The notes under the pieces: model-generated
What the model was told of the DNA's origin: nothing
What the model saw: the letters and a program-made list of their open reading frames with translations, nothing else
Databases searched by the model: none
Program-made: the position numbers and the translations under genes
Assembly (NCBI GenBank): GCA_034660835.1
Contig: JAYEKB010000113.1
Span: 1-43,526, forward strand
DNA: 43,526 bases
Origin: Thermodesulfobacteriota bacterium
GTDB taxonomy: Bacteria; Desulfobacterota; Desulfobulbia; Desulfobulbales; Desulfobulbaceae
Direction: 5' to 3'
Part shown: positions 1 to 10,556 of the stretch, in pieces
Layout of the letters: each line of letters opens with the position of its first letter
How positions within the stretch are numbered: position 1 is the first letter of the stretch

Positions 1-2
1 AG

Positions 3-1850
3 ATCTTCAAGTATGAACTTGAAGATCTTGGCATGGCTCCTGATAATATGCAGGAAATGTCCAAAGAATCTTTATTACGTTCCCTTCAAGATATCCTGTT
101 GGAATCTGCTAAACAGGGTATCCGAACCATTGTTATTATTGACGAGGCCCAGGAAATTCCGGAAAATACACTCGAAGAACTTCGTTTGCTTTCCAACCTG
201 GAGACGGATAAGGCAAAGTTGCTCCAGATTATGCTGGTCGGTCAACTTGAACTTGAAGAGAAACTTAATCAGGATAACTTCAAGCAGCTGCATCAACGTA
301 TTACTATTCGCTATCGTCTGGAAACACTGACACTTGATGAAACCGTCAACTATATCCATCATCGTCTCAAGGTAGCCGGTGGCGGAAATATCAATCGTTT
401 CAGCCTTGCTATCATAAAACAAATCCATAGGTTAACCAACGGAGTCCCCAGAATCATCAATACGCTCTGCGAGCGTTCATTGATGGCTGCCTTTGTGGAT
501 GGAAAAAGTAGTGTTAACCGGGAACACCTGCACAATGCCATGCAGAGCCTGGAGTGCAATACCAGCGGAACGGCAGGCAGTAACAGCAAGAAACAGCTTG
601 TATTCTTCCTGTTCATGGCCCTGATTCTTGCCGGTATAGCGATGTATTTCAGTCATGCTCCTTTTCAAAAATTGATCCATCTTAAAACAGGGCAATTGGC
701 GGCCATATGGCATACAAAAATAATGGATCGTACTGCTCCTGCGAAACAGGACACTGTTGAAAGAACGGTTAAGGATATCGACACTGCAGGAGGAGACACT
801 CATTTGAACTCTGGACAACAAAAAGAGGAGACGGAGGTCATACAACCGGCTGCAAAACCCATTCCCGTGGACAGTCACAATGAAATCGTTCATGGACAAA
901 ATGCCCAGCAGGATGAAAAAAAGAAACAGGAACCGGAAGACTTGGCAGTTTCGCAACCTGCTGTTATGTCAGTAGGACCAGCAAATAAACCTGATAAGGA
1001 GACACCCGGGAACTCCGCCTCGGCCACAGGAGAAACTCCTGAAGAAATGACATCTAACAGGAATGAAGCCTCTATTGCCAATCAGCAACCAATACCCGAA
1101 AGAATAAAGAATCTTGTTGCCCTTCCTCCTGGCTGGAGAAGTATAACCATTCAACCAAAGAAAAAAAAAGTTTTACTTTTTCAAAGCGATAGTTCTGTGC
1201 CTGTCAGAGAACTCTCATTACCGGCAGGTATTACTCCGGAAGATGGTATCTATCTGCTTGGACAAGATAAGGGTAAACCGTTTCTTTTCAGTCACCGCTC
1301 CTTTTTCGCCTGGCAGGTGAATCAGTCATTGGCGGATTGGCTCTGGTTTCAGTTTATGGATGATCAATCTCCACCTGTTATCCCCGTCATTGTTTCATCA
1401 TCCGATCCTGAACAGTTACCGAAGCAGCAGGAGCTGTCAACTCTCCAGGCTATGGTGAAAAACTGGGCTGCAGCTTTTGATCAAAAAAATATCCAGAAGC
1501 TGATGAGCTATTATGACGACTCTCTGGTCACCTACCGATTGTTTCGCAATAGTCCCACAGTAAAAAGCCATGCAGAGGTCCTTGCCCGAAAGAAGGAAAT
1601 CTTTGAGAAAAACAAGGCCGTCTCTCTGCAAATATCTGACCCGGCCTGTATTGTGAATAGCGAAGACCCATCCCGGGCTATGGCATTTTTTTACCAGCGA
1701 TTTATTTCCTCATCGTATCGCGATACAGGTATAAAGGTGTTATATTTCCGCAAGACCGGCGCTAATACATCAAACAGGCCGGAATGGGTGATAACCGGCC
1801 GTCTCTGGTTGCCGGTTCAGGAAGAGAAGGAAAAAGCCGGATTGATTTGA
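3..1850 (+). CDS. ExeA/GspA-like AAA ATPase (5' end cut by window edge) with TM segment, low-complexity linker and NTF2/SnoaL-like C-terminal domain
   Basis: The frame is open from nt 3 (IFKYELEDLG precedes the listed Met). 'IVIIDEAQEIPENTLEELRLLSNLE..LQIMLVGQLELEEKL' and 'GVPRIINTLCERSLMAAF' match ExeA-type (AAA_22) ATPase signatures. There is a hydrophobic stretch, LVFFLFMALILAGIAMYF. The tail 'LQAMVKNWAAAFDQKNIQKLMSYYDD' looks NTF2-like. Confidence 0.75.
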   Translation: MFKYELEDLGMAPDNMQEMSKESLLRSLQDILLESAKQGIRTIVIIDEAQEIPENTLEELRLLSNLETDKAKLLQIMLVGQLELEEKLNQDNFKQLHQRITIRYRLETLTLDETVNYIHHRLKVAGGGNINRFSLAIIKQIHRLTNGVPRIINTLCERSLMAAFVDGKSSVNREHLHNAMQSLECNTSGTAGSNSKKQLVFFLFMALILAGIAMYFSHAPFQKLIHLKTGQLAAIWHTKIMDRTAPAKQDTVERTVKDIDTAGGDTHLNSGQQKEETEVIQPAAKPIPVDSHNEIVHGQNAQQDEKKKQEPEDLAVSQPAVMSVGPANKPDKETPGNSASATGETPEEMTSNRNEASIANQQPIPERIKNLVALPPGWRSITIQPKKKKVLLFQSDSSVPVRELSLPAGITPEDGIYLLGQDKGKPFLFSHRSFFAWQVNQSLADWLWFQFMDDQSPPVIPVIVSSSDPEQLPKQQELSTLQAMVKNWAAAFDQKNIQKLMSYYDDSLVTYRLFRNSPTVKSHAEVLARKKEIFEKNKAVSLQISDPACIVNSEDPSRAMAFFYQRFISSSYRDTGIKVLYFRKTGANTSNRPEWVITGRLWLPVQEEKEKAGLI

Positions 1851-2009
1851 GAAACATCGAATCTATATGTAAGGCGCCGCTCCTACCAACGTAAACCCTA
1901 TCAGCATATTTATCGCAACAATAAGCTTAGGCTTGGGTTTTTTTGTTAAAATTTAGACCTCGGCGCAAAGCCAGTTCCAGCGGGCTTTTACAAGGGAGGT
2001 CTTTTTTCG

Positions 2010-3751
2010 CGTGTGCCTACGTTATTGCAGTTTCTTTTTCAACATGCTGAATGCTGAAAACCTTGCGAGGACGGTCAATTACAAGTTTCTTCAACAGGGT
2101 TTTTGCCCCTTTGGGCAGCTCATTTAATTGGTAAAAACTATGACTCGGTGTAACAAATTCCGTGGCCTGAATTTTAGCAAGGATTGGCCTGATCCTTGAC
2201 CACGGTTTCCCGCATTTCAATTCCGCGACTCGTTCTATGAAAAGCGCCAGAACACATATCTTCACATGGGCCTCAATACGACGACCGAGCCAGTGATACA
2301 TCGGCATCATCTTGATCTGAGTACGTTTGAGCGAACGAAAACAGCGTTCAATAACCATCAGGCTCCGGTAACCATAGGCTGCGTCTTCAACGGTCAGTTT
2401 GTCGTCATTAGTCTCCAGAACCCATTTGCCATCATACCTGGCAGCTGTCTTGATTGCCTTGCGATCAATTCGAACTGTGCCTTTATCAGTGATGGTGAGA
2501 TACCGTTTATATCTTCGAGAAGCCAACAGGGCAATGGCCCATTTTTTTGTCGCACTCTTATCCTTGTGCTTTTTCAATTCTTCTTCAAGCATAATAACGA
2601 TATTTTTCCGGTGGGTGGTCTGCCGTCTTGCCTCCCCGGGGTTATAGCAGATGATATATCGTTTCCCGTTCTTCAGGATAACCTCTTTGGCACGCAGGTT
2701 GTCAGACAATTTCCTGTAACGGCCAGGTTGGGAAAGGACCGTCTCTTTTATTTCCTTTACGCTTGCCATTCTGGTGGCAAGCAGGTACTTGCCACAGGCC
2801 TTGGCCAACTCCTTACGATTAACCTTGGAATTCATGCCCGAGTCAGCAACAAACAGAGCCCTGCCAAGATTCCAGCCTCGAAGATCTTTTTTGATTATTT
2901 CAATGGTGCTGACATCAGTGGTATTACCCGGGAATACCCAGCTTTTCACCGGGATTCCTTCTCTGGTTACCGCCAGGGCCACAACAACCTGTGGTGCCCA
3001 CATGCCCTCTTTGGCATGACCATACTGCCGAAGACCGCCTTCCTCTTCATCCTCATAATCAACGGCAAACGAGGCAGTGGTGGTATCGTAGAAAATAATA
3101 TCAACAGACAGATTCAGCAGGTTGGCAACCTGGAAAAATATCTCCCGTTCCACCTCCTCAGCATGATCATGGAAAATATCCATGGCCTCGTACATGTGCC
3201 GCAACTCAAGATCATTACATTCCGGCAGATAAACAGTCTCCAGCCATCTGCCCCATACTCCAAGCTTCGATTCCGGGCTGCAGAGTCGGTTGGCGACCAT
3301 GGCCAGCAAGGCTTTCTCATAAGGTACCTGCTTTTTCTTTGCCAGCTCCCTGAATGTTTTACCGATGCCGTATTGTTCCCACAGTTTCTCGATAGCCCTG
3401 ACCGTGCCGAATTCAACAGTTCGCTTGATCCGGACGTTTTTTGGCAGACCGCCTTGATGGTCATCATCATCCAATGGATCAATAACCTTTACACCACAGA
3501 CCCGGGCGATGGATCGGCACAGTCGGACCAAGGCCTCACGGTCAAGTTGATCGGCTCTGCCAAAGCTGTGGATAATCCTGGCCGTGGATTTCCCGCTGGT
3601 CGGATGCCGTTCATTATGGGCCAGCTGGTAATATTTGGTTACCGAGCCGTCCTTGTTCTTTCTTTGAGTAGTTCGCAAGTACATGATTGCCCATCATGTT
3701 AAATGCAGAGCCATACTATGTCAAGAATAAATAGCACAAACGTGTGCCTAC
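2010..3751 (-). mobile_element. IS1634-family insertion sequence (ends not resolved; range bounded by an 11-bp direct repeat CGTGTGCCTAC)
   Basis: A single long transposase ORF is flanked by identical 11-mers at 2010-2020 and 3741-3751. I could not find convincing terminal inverted repeats by eye. Confidence 0.55.
2017..3684 (-). CDS. IS1634-family (IS4-like DDE) transposase
   Basis: This 555-aa ORF has the N-terminus 'MYLRTTQRKNKDGSVTKYYQLAHNERHP..' characteristic of IS1634-family transposases. DDE-region motifs are present ('IIFYDTTT', 'FVADSGMNS', 'YRSLMVIERCFRSLK'). Confidence 0.9.
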   Translation of the reverse strand: MYLRTTQRKNKDGSVTKYYQLAHNERHPTSGKSTARIIHSFGRADQLDREALVRLCRSIARVCGVKVIDPLDDDDHQGGLPKNVRIKRTVEFGTVRAIEKLWEQYGIGKTFRELAKKKQVPYEKALLAMVANRLCSPESKLGVWGRWLETVYLPECNDLELRHMYEAMDIFHDHAEEVEREIFFQVANLLNLSVDIIFYDTTTASFAVDYEDEEEGGLRQYGHAKEGMWAPQVVVALAVTREGIPVKSWVFPGNTTDVSTIEIIKKDLRGWNLGRALFVADSGMNSKVNRKELAKACGKYLLATRMASVKEIKETVLSQPGRYRKLSDNLRAKEVILKNGKRYIICYNPGEARRQTTHRKNIVIMLEEELKKHKDKSATKKWAIALLASRRYKRYLTITDKGTVRIDRKAIKTAARYDGKWVLETNDDKLTVEDAAYGYRSLMVIERCFRSLKRTQIKMMPMYHWLGRRIEAHVKICVLALFIERVAELKCGKPWSRIRPILAKIQATEFVTPSHSFYQLNELPKGAKTLLKKLVIDRPRKVFSIQHVEKETAIT

Positions 3752-4133
3752 ATATTTCGAGAAAAAAGTTGCCTCGAAAAAATTAACCTACTGTAATTTC
3801 GTGCTTTTATTTCAGCCATTGCACTAAAGTAGCCCTACAATCCGAAAACTAAAGCGTAAGATGTATAATTTTTAACCGAGACGAAAATGGTGAAACAGGA
3901 ACGAGCCATGCGTCAGGGAGTCCGGTTACAGATGAGTGCTGAAATATTTTAGTCAGCCTTGCCCCTTTCGGGGTTTCTCTTATATGGGGCGACGTTACAA
4001 GTGCTATTCGCTATGCTTTCATTGTCATCGGGATTGGCGGTTTGGAAAGAGTCTTGACGCGATTGCCAAAACCAGCTCTTACACAGCTGAATGAGGCGGT
4101 GGTCTTGATCGCCCTTATATTCCTCTTTTTTTC

Positions 4134-4583
4134 TTATCGGTAAGGATTAAACAATAAAACCGGACAAGGCGCTCTGTGCACAACCCGTTCCGCCACATTT
4201 CCGAGAAGAATTTTTTTCAGTCCCTTGGTTCCATGGGTACCGATAATGATCATCCCGGCATTTTCCTCTTCGGTATAGGCAACGATTTCATCTACTACAT
4301 CACCGTTTACTACCTTACCGGTACAATTCGTATTTTTTTTAGAACTCTCCACAATCAGTTGTGCCATTTTTTCTTCCGCAGCTGCTCTGATCTGTTTTTC
4401 AATATCCTGATAAGCAAGACTGTCCGATGGAGCTCCATATCCTTCATATGGTTCAGAAACATGAATAAAGTGTAGTTGGGCAGAAAGTAGGTCGGCCATG
4501 GAGATAGCAAACTCAACCAATCTATCAGTATGCTGGTCAAAATCAACAGGAACAACAATCTCTTGGATGGGCTTCATGTGCAT
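4134..4583 (-). CDS. universal stress protein (UspA family)
   Basis: 'IVVPVDFDQHTDRLVEFA' and 'IIIGTHGTKGLKKILLGNVAERVVHRAPCPVLL' are the Usp ATP-binding fold motifs. I chose the start at ATG 4583 because GAAAGGAAA lies directly upstream; the listed ORF extends to 4649. Confidence 0.85.
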   Translation of the reverse strand: MHMKPIQEIVVPVDFDQHTDRLVEFAISMADLLSAQLHFIHVSEPYEGYGAPSDSLAYQDIEKQIRAAAEEKMAQLIVESSKKNTNCTGKVVNGDVVDEIVAYTEEENAGMIIIGTHGTKGLKKILLGNVAERVVHRAPCPVLLFNPYR

Positions 4584-4686
4584 TTTCCTTTCTATAACAT
4601 ATTTTGGGCTTATGTTTAAAATACGGGTCTCTGAAAAGAAAACAAGCAAGAAAAAACGGGCTCGGAAGAAATCATAACATACGACA

Positions 4687-5343
4687 TCATATTTCGATTA
4701 TTTTGCCGGCTCCTCCGGGGATATATTTTTCAGGATACCGAGACTCAATTTCCGATTTGTATTGGGTACAATGTGCCGGGCAAATCCTGTCCAGATTTTC
4801 TATGAGATCAAAATTCTTGAATCCGTGCAGGCCGCCGATCAATGTTCCGACTCGGCCGAACTGAGAGGCTGCAAGTAGAATTTGCTTAACGCCGGGATGG
4901 GAACATCCGGCAATGACGACCAGATCTTCTTTACTTTGAACGATAAGAGCTTGTTCATTATTTACGAGTTCACCGGTGGAGAAAATATTGTCATGAATTT
5001 GTAACGGTTTACTTACCCTTAGAACCGTCACACCTTCCAAACCGCTAAGTGAGGCAGGAACAATTACCCTGACCTGATGCACCTTGAGAAAATCAGAAAG
5101 CCCGCCGATGTGATCCCAATGGCCATGGGAGATAAACACTTCGTCAATTTCACCGGGATCGATATTCAACTTCTTCATATTTGCGAAAAGTATAGAACTT
5201 CTCGCTCCGGTATCAAAAAGTATTTTTCTGCCATACGCCTGGACAAGGCAGGAAAAGCCCCAGTCAGCCTGAAGTCTTTTGTTCCAAGCCTCATTGTCAT
5301 AAATAATAGTGACTTTAAGGCGATTATTTTGTTTCCTGTTCAT
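4687..5343 (-). CDS. MBL-fold metallo-hydrolase
   Basis: It carries the 'ISHGHWDHIGG' HxHxDH metallo-beta-lactamase motif. It overlaps the upstream radical SAM gene by 20 nt, which suggests an operon. Confidence 0.8.
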   Translation of the reverse strand: MNRKQNNRLKVTIIYDNEAWNKRLQADWGFSCLVQAYGRKILFDTGARSSILFANMKKLNIDPGEIDEVFISHGHWDHIGGLSDFLKVHQVRVIVPASLSGLEGVTVLRVSKPLQIHDNIFSTGELVNNEQALIVQSKEDLVVIAGCSHPGVKQILLAASQFGRVGTLIGGLHGFKNFDLIENLDRICPAHCTQYKSEIESRYPEKYIPGGAGKIIEI

Positions 5344-6292
5344 CCAGCTTCCTTATAAAATATCTTTTCCCTTCATACTCCGTTTCAAGAAGTTGATTTT
5401 GATTTACCAAGTTACGGATAAGAGACCAGTCCTTCCCGGCCCTGTTCAAGAATTTCCGTACAGCCTCTTCCCGCATCGGATGCACGGAAACAATGCTTAG
5501 CAGGTCGTTTTCCACGTCTCCTGTCAAAGAAAATGCATTGCCTTCGTAGCCGAATAAACACTCAACATTTTCAAGATGCTCGCTGACAATTTGATAGGCT
5601 GCGGTCAAGGCCTCTTCACCGGGAGGAAGAACCCATTTTTCCGCGGGCGGTCTGGTGGGAATAGACAGGTACGCTATGGCTGGCCTGAGCTGAGAGAGAA
5701 AACCGGCTATCTCTTTAACGTGGGCAACGCTGTCGTTTACATTCCTGACAAGCATGGTTTCCGTAACCAGTTTTCCCGGATATTCACGGGAAAACTGAAG
5801 CATCCCTTTCAGAATGACAGACAACTTCAGATCGTGATGAGGACGATTAACCCTCCGCCAGATATTTCTGTCTACGGCGTCTACCTTAAGAGAGACCCAA
5901 TCCGCTTTCAGCAAATCCTTTCTGACATCATCCCGCCAGATCAAAGAAGCATTTGTAATCACACCCGTCTTAATACCAAGAGGGCGCAATAGATCGATTT
6001 CATCTCCAAGATGAATATCCAGTGAAGGTTCTCCATCGGGGACAAAGGCGAGATAATCAATGGATTCTCCCCTTTCTCTGGTCTTGTTGACTTTCTTCTC
6101 TACTTCCTCCACAATCATTTCCGGCCTGTAAAATTCCCGACGTGTAAGATCCATTTTGTCGGTTCGGCCGATTTGACAATAAATACAGGAAAAGGTGCAA
6201 TTTTTAGGCGGAATATTATTAACGCCAAGGCTGCGTCCTAAACGTCTGGAGGGGACAGGCCCGAAGGCAATCATGTCTTTTCTTATTTTCAT
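5324..6292 (-). CDS. radical SAM protein (COG0731-like)
   Basis: 'GPVPSRRLGRSLGVNNIPPKNCTFSCIYCQ' contains the CxxxCxxC radical SAM cluster motif. The preceding GPVxSRRLG box is typical of this subfamily. Confidence 0.85.
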   Translation of the reverse strand: MKIRKDMIAFGPVPSRRLGRSLGVNNIPPKNCTFSCIYCQIGRTDKMDLTRREFYRPEMIVEEVEKKVNKTRERGESIDYLAFVPDGEPSLDIHLGDEIDLLRPLGIKTGVITNASLIWRDDVRKDLLKADWVSLKVDAVDRNIWRRVNRPHHDLKLSVILKGMLQFSREYPGKLVTETMLVRNVNDSVAHVKEIAGFLSQLRPAIAYLSIPTRPPAEKWVLPPGEEALTAAYQIVSEHLENVECLFGYEGNAFSLTGDVENDLLSIVSVHPMREEAVRKFLNRAGKDWSLIRNLVNQNQLLETEYEGKRYFIRKLDEQETK

Positions 6293-6808
6293 AGGTCAAT
6301 TCCAGAAAATGTTTTTGTAAATAGAGGATAATTATTAGATAATAATCACTTGTGTCAAACAATGTATACAGTTATTTAAAAACGAGAGACGGTTCATCTG
6401 ATTAAGATATCTCTCAGGCATAACAACTATTGGGGGTAACAATGATTGACGAACAGACAGTGCTGTCTCATGGTTGACTCCACAATAAAAGCTGTAGAGA
6501 ATCAACAGGTTGCCTGTCAGGTGGTTTAAAAAGCTCAATAAAATCACACCTGGCAAAGAGGTTTAACTGCAAAACTCGAAGGATTTGAGTCATCGAACTT
6601 CCCAGTTTTGCTTTGAAATTAAGAAATGCCACCAGCAGATAGACGCAAAGAGGCAGTAGAGGCGTTTTTGAAAAAGCGAGCAGTAGCTGGAATATTGTCA
6701 CTGACTTGATCCACGAAGGAAAACTGCTTGAACTGGAATATGACTGCCATATCTACTATGCGAGAAAGTTCTCCCGCAAACGATGACCGCCGATGGGTCC
6801 GGGGACAC

Positions 6809-7567
6809 TTACTCGGGGATTGCCGCGCCAAGCAGCAGATAGACAAACGCGCTTAGCAGTATGCCCAGGACAAAAAAATTGATCCGGTGATACCTTCTGG
6901 CCATGGGTAGCAGCTCATGCACGGAGATGAATACCATGGCCCCGGCGGCGAATGCCATGAAGAACGGATTGAGGGAATGAAAGAAGTGAGTCGCGGTAAG
7001 CCCGATGACCGCCCCCAGGGGTTCAGCAAGCCCCGAGAGGAATGCCGCTTTATATAAAAACTGCTTCTTTTTGGCCATGACGATTGGGACAGCCATGGCG
7101 AACTCTTCGGGAATGTTGTGCAGCGCGATCGCCAACGCGACAAATATCCCCAATGAGGGCGAAGCGATGTAGGAGTTGGCCATGGCAAACCCCTCCGGCA
7201 CATCATGCAGAATAAGGCCGAACACCACCAGATAGATGCTTCTCAGCGGAATCTGGCCAAATATCCCTTTTTCCTCCTCCAGGTGGGTATGCGGGATCAC
7301 CCAGTTCAGTGCAGCTATTATAGCAAGCCCCGAGACAAACGCTGCCAAAGCCGCACCCATCCCTGCCTCTACCGCCGCCTCCGGCATAAGTTCCAAAAAT
7401 GATATCAGCAGCATGATACCGGCAGAGAACCCTATACCCAGAGCGATGGCCCGTTCGCTCCTGCCGATATAGATCGCCAGCGTAACGCCCACCAGTGTGG
7501 TCAGCACGGAGAGGAAGGAGAGCAGGAGAACGGCGATATAGGTTATATAATTATATTCGGCTGACAT
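6809..7567 (-). CDS. ZIP-family divalent metal (Zn/Fe) transporter
   Basis: The protein is polytopic and has paired 'HDVPEGFAMA' and 'HNIPEEFAMA' ZIP metal-site motifs. I prefer ATG 7567 (preceded by GGTGGGAAG) over the GTG at 7579. Confidence 0.85.
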   Translation of the reverse strand: MSAEYNYITYIAVLLLSFLSVLTTLVGVTLAIYIGRSERAIALGIGFSAGIMLLISFLELMPEAAVEAGMGAALAAFVSGLAIIAALNWVIPHTHLEEEKGIFGQIPLRSIYLVVFGLILHDVPEGFAMANSYIASPSLGIFVALAIALHNIPEEFAMAVPIVMAKKKQFLYKAAFLSGLAEPLGAVIGLTATHFFHSLNPFFMAFAAGAMVFISVHELLPMARRYHRINFFVLGILLSAFVYLLLGAAIPE

Positions 7568-7704
7568 TCTTCCCACCAAAAAACTCTAGAAGGAGCTTCG
7601 GTTCGTCTTCGACTTCCAGGCCGAAAATCAGCCTTATCAGTCCCTCGGGGTTGGAAGCATCACCGTCAAGTACCAGTGTCTAGATTAATGTTGCAACGTT
7701 TAAG

Positions 7705-8415
<711 letters not shown>

Positions 8416-8621
8416 TTATCCCTGAACATGATGGAATGATCGGTGGGTGTCAAGGTAATATTTGTGCCGCCGGGTTCATCCTGTCTGTTTACAGTCTAAG
8501 GTAATACAGGTTAGCTGTAGTGGTTATTACAGCTGGAAAAAACATGTGGTAAATCAGTCAGAGACCAAGAACGAGAAAGATTGGTAACATATGTGTCGCT
8601 TAACAAGATACGGAACAATGT

Positions 8622-8783
8622 TTATATTTTTTCTACTGTCTGCTGAAAAATCTCCAGAAAATTACAGACACTATAGGCGTCTGTCCATAAATAGCGTTTG
8701 GGGGAATGGCTTCCTGCCGTCAAGCCGGTCCGGTTGCAAAAATCGTCCATGATCTCTTGGAGCTTTGCCTCCTTTTCCGTCAT
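8622..8783 (-). CDS. small hypothetical ORF (53 aa), possibly the 5' remnant of a longer gene
   Basis: ATG 8783 is preceded by AAGGAAA. I recognise no family for 'MTEKEAKLQEIMDDFCNRTGL..YLWTDAYSVCNFLEIF'. The ORF ends abruptly. Confidence 0.25.
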   Translation of the reverse strand: MTEKEAKLQEIMDDFCNRTGLTAGSHSPKRYLWTDAYSVCNFLEIFQQTVEKI

Positions 8784-8853
8784 TTTCCTTGTTATATTAA
8801 AAAATTGACATGCTACGCAGGAACGGTTTGTTAGCCATTTTTTCTGCCGATGG

Positions 8854-9420
8854 TTATATCCCGGCCATGAGGCCGGCAAGGATCTTGAAGTCTGAGCGCA
8901 TGAATGATGCCGCTTTGGGAAACCGCAGACCTACCGCTGGATGGTAGGTGATAAAGTACCCCTGTCCATTGTGACGCCGCAGCGTGCCGTGAACATCAGC
9001 AATTCTTACCGGGTATTTCAGCAGTAGACGGGCGGCAATCCTCCCACAGAGCACGATAATTTTCGGTTTGATCAAATCTATTTGCGGCAACAACCAGGTA
9101 GTTGTACAGATATTTAGTTCACGGCTTCTGGGATCCCTGTTTCCGGGCGGCCGACATTTTACGCAACTGGTCAGGAAAACAGCACTGCGTCGAATCTTAT
9201 TTGCAGTGAACAGTTGATCCAGAAATCTCCCTGACGGTCCCATAAAAGGTCGGCCTGTACGATCTTCCTCTGCACCCGGTGCTTCTCCGATAAACATAAT
9301 ACGCGCATCCGGGCTACCTTCTCCGGGAACGGCATGCAGCCGTTTTCTGTGCAGCCGGCATTTTTGACAACGGTAAATGACCTTTGCCATCTCATCAAGT
9401 GTATTTACTGCAGGGTTCAT
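8854..9420 (-). CDS. uracil-DNA glycosylase, family 4
   Basis: 'CQKCRLHRKR..VPGEG..IMFIGEAPGAEEDRTGRPFMGPSGRFLDQL' is the family-4 UDG motif A region. The start is uncertain (ATG 9420 or 9390). The longer listed ORF would overlap amrS. Confidence 0.85.
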   Translation of the reverse strand: MNPAVNTLDEMAKVIYRCQKCRLHRKRLHAVPGEGSPDARIMFIGEAPGAEEDRTGRPFMGPSGRFLDQLFTANKIRRSAVFLTSCVKCRPPGNRDPRSRELNICTTTWLLPQIDLIKPKIIVLCGRIAARLLLKYPVRIADVHGTLRRHNGQGYFITYHPAVGLRFPKAASFMRSDFKILAGLMAGI

Positions 9421-9535
9421 TATATTGCCGGGAACAAGACTGCCACCAAAATGCAACAGGAGATAAGAGAAGGGAATATCAGACTGTTGAGCGCACCCTC
9501 CAGTCTGAAAACCAGGTTTACGGGTTAATAGTAAC

Positions 9536-10549
9536 TCAGCTCCACACTCCGGCAATCTGCTTACCACAGGTAGGACAGCGACCTTCGGTCAGGTTGTTCT
9601 GCCGGATACTGAAGCCATAGCGGCTGATCAGTTCCTCGCCGCAGGCTGGACAGTAGGTATTTTCCCCGCCCTCACCGGGAATGTTGCCTTCGTATACAAA
9701 ACGCAATCCCTCTGCAAGGCCGATCTCTCTTGCCCTGCGCAGGGTGGTCACTGGCGTTGGCTCCCGATCCATCATCTTATAGGTGGGAGAAAAGGCTGTC
9801 ACATGCCAGGGAATGGACGGGTCGACACTCTTGATGAACCGGGCGACATCACGCAGTTCGGAGTCCGAATCATTGAGTCCGGGGATAATCAAGGTGGTCG
9901 TCTCGACCCACACCCCGAGTTCGTGCATAAGCCGGACGTTGTCGAGCACCGGTTGCAGCCGGGCTTTGCATACCTTTTTGTAAAAGTCGTCGGTAAAGGC
10001 TTTTATATCGATATTGATACCATCCAGTACCGGGGCCAAATGGCGGGTAACCTCAGGCGTCATGTAACCGTTACTGACAAAGACGTTTTTAAGTCCTCGC
10101 TTTTGGGCGAGCACCGCACAATCATAAGCAAACTCGTAAAATATGGTCGGTTCCACATAGGTATAGCTGATACTGGCACAACGCGACCTTGCCGCAGTCT
10201 CCACAACATCTTCCGGGCTGTAGCGCTCACCGGTTATCTTACCACCGTGAAGATGAGGATACTGGGAGATCTGGTAATTCTGGCAGTGGAGGCAACGGAA
10301 GTTGCAACCCACCGTCGCGATAGAAAACGACCTGCTACCGGGCAGAAAATGAAATAGCGGCTTTTTCTCGATGGGATCTGTATTTTCCGAGATCAGCCGA
10401 CCGTAAACCAGGCTGAACAGTTTACCGTCCCGATTTTCCCGAACGCCGCAGATGCCACGTTTATTCTCCTTAATATGACAGTGATGATTACACAACCCGC
10501 AGACAACTTTGTTCTCTTTTCCTGACGTATAAAATAACGCTTCTTTCAT
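9536..10549 (-). CDS. amrS: AmmeMemoRadiSam system radical SAM enzyme
   Basis: The N-terminal Cys-rich box 'CGLCNHHCHIKENKRGICGVREN' is followed by 'GCNFRCLHCQNYQIS' (CxxxCxxC). The C-terminus has 'CPACGEE..CPTCG'. I prefer ATG 10549; the listed start at 10555 is GTG. Confidence 0.9.
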   Translation of the reverse strand: MKEALFYTSGKENKVVCGLCNHHCHIKENKRGICGVRENRDGKLFSLVYGRLISENTDPIEKKPLFHFLPGSRSFSIATVGCNFRCLHCQNYQISQYPHLHGGKITGERYSPEDVVETAARSRCASISYTYVEPTIFYEFAYDCAVLAQKRGLKNVFVSNGYMTPEVTRHLAPVLDGINIDIKAFTDDFYKKVCKARLQPVLDNVRLMHELGVWVETTTLIIPGLNDSDSELRDVARFIKSVDPSIPWHVTAFSPTYKMMDREPTPVTTLRRAREIGLAEGLRFVYEGNIPGEGGENTYCPACGEELISRYGFSIRQNNLTEGRCPTCGKQIAGVWS

Positions 10550-10556
10550 TCTCACT

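Noticed and set aside
2266-3702. 478-aa plus-strand ORF
   Set aside because: It is entirely antisense to the well-supported IS1634 transposase. It has no recognisable motifs and a low-complexity composition, so it is a typical shadow ORF.
6293-6808. A 0.5-kb stretch with only short overlapping ORFs (73-77 aa) between the radical SAM gene and the ZIP gene
   Set aside because: No ORF has a recognisable family, an SD or a coherent composition. Stop-interrupted fragments on the plus strand (for example 'RRKEAVEAFLKKRAVAGILSLT*' then 'LIHEGKLLELEYDCHIYYARKF') hint at a decayed small gene, but I cannot identify it.
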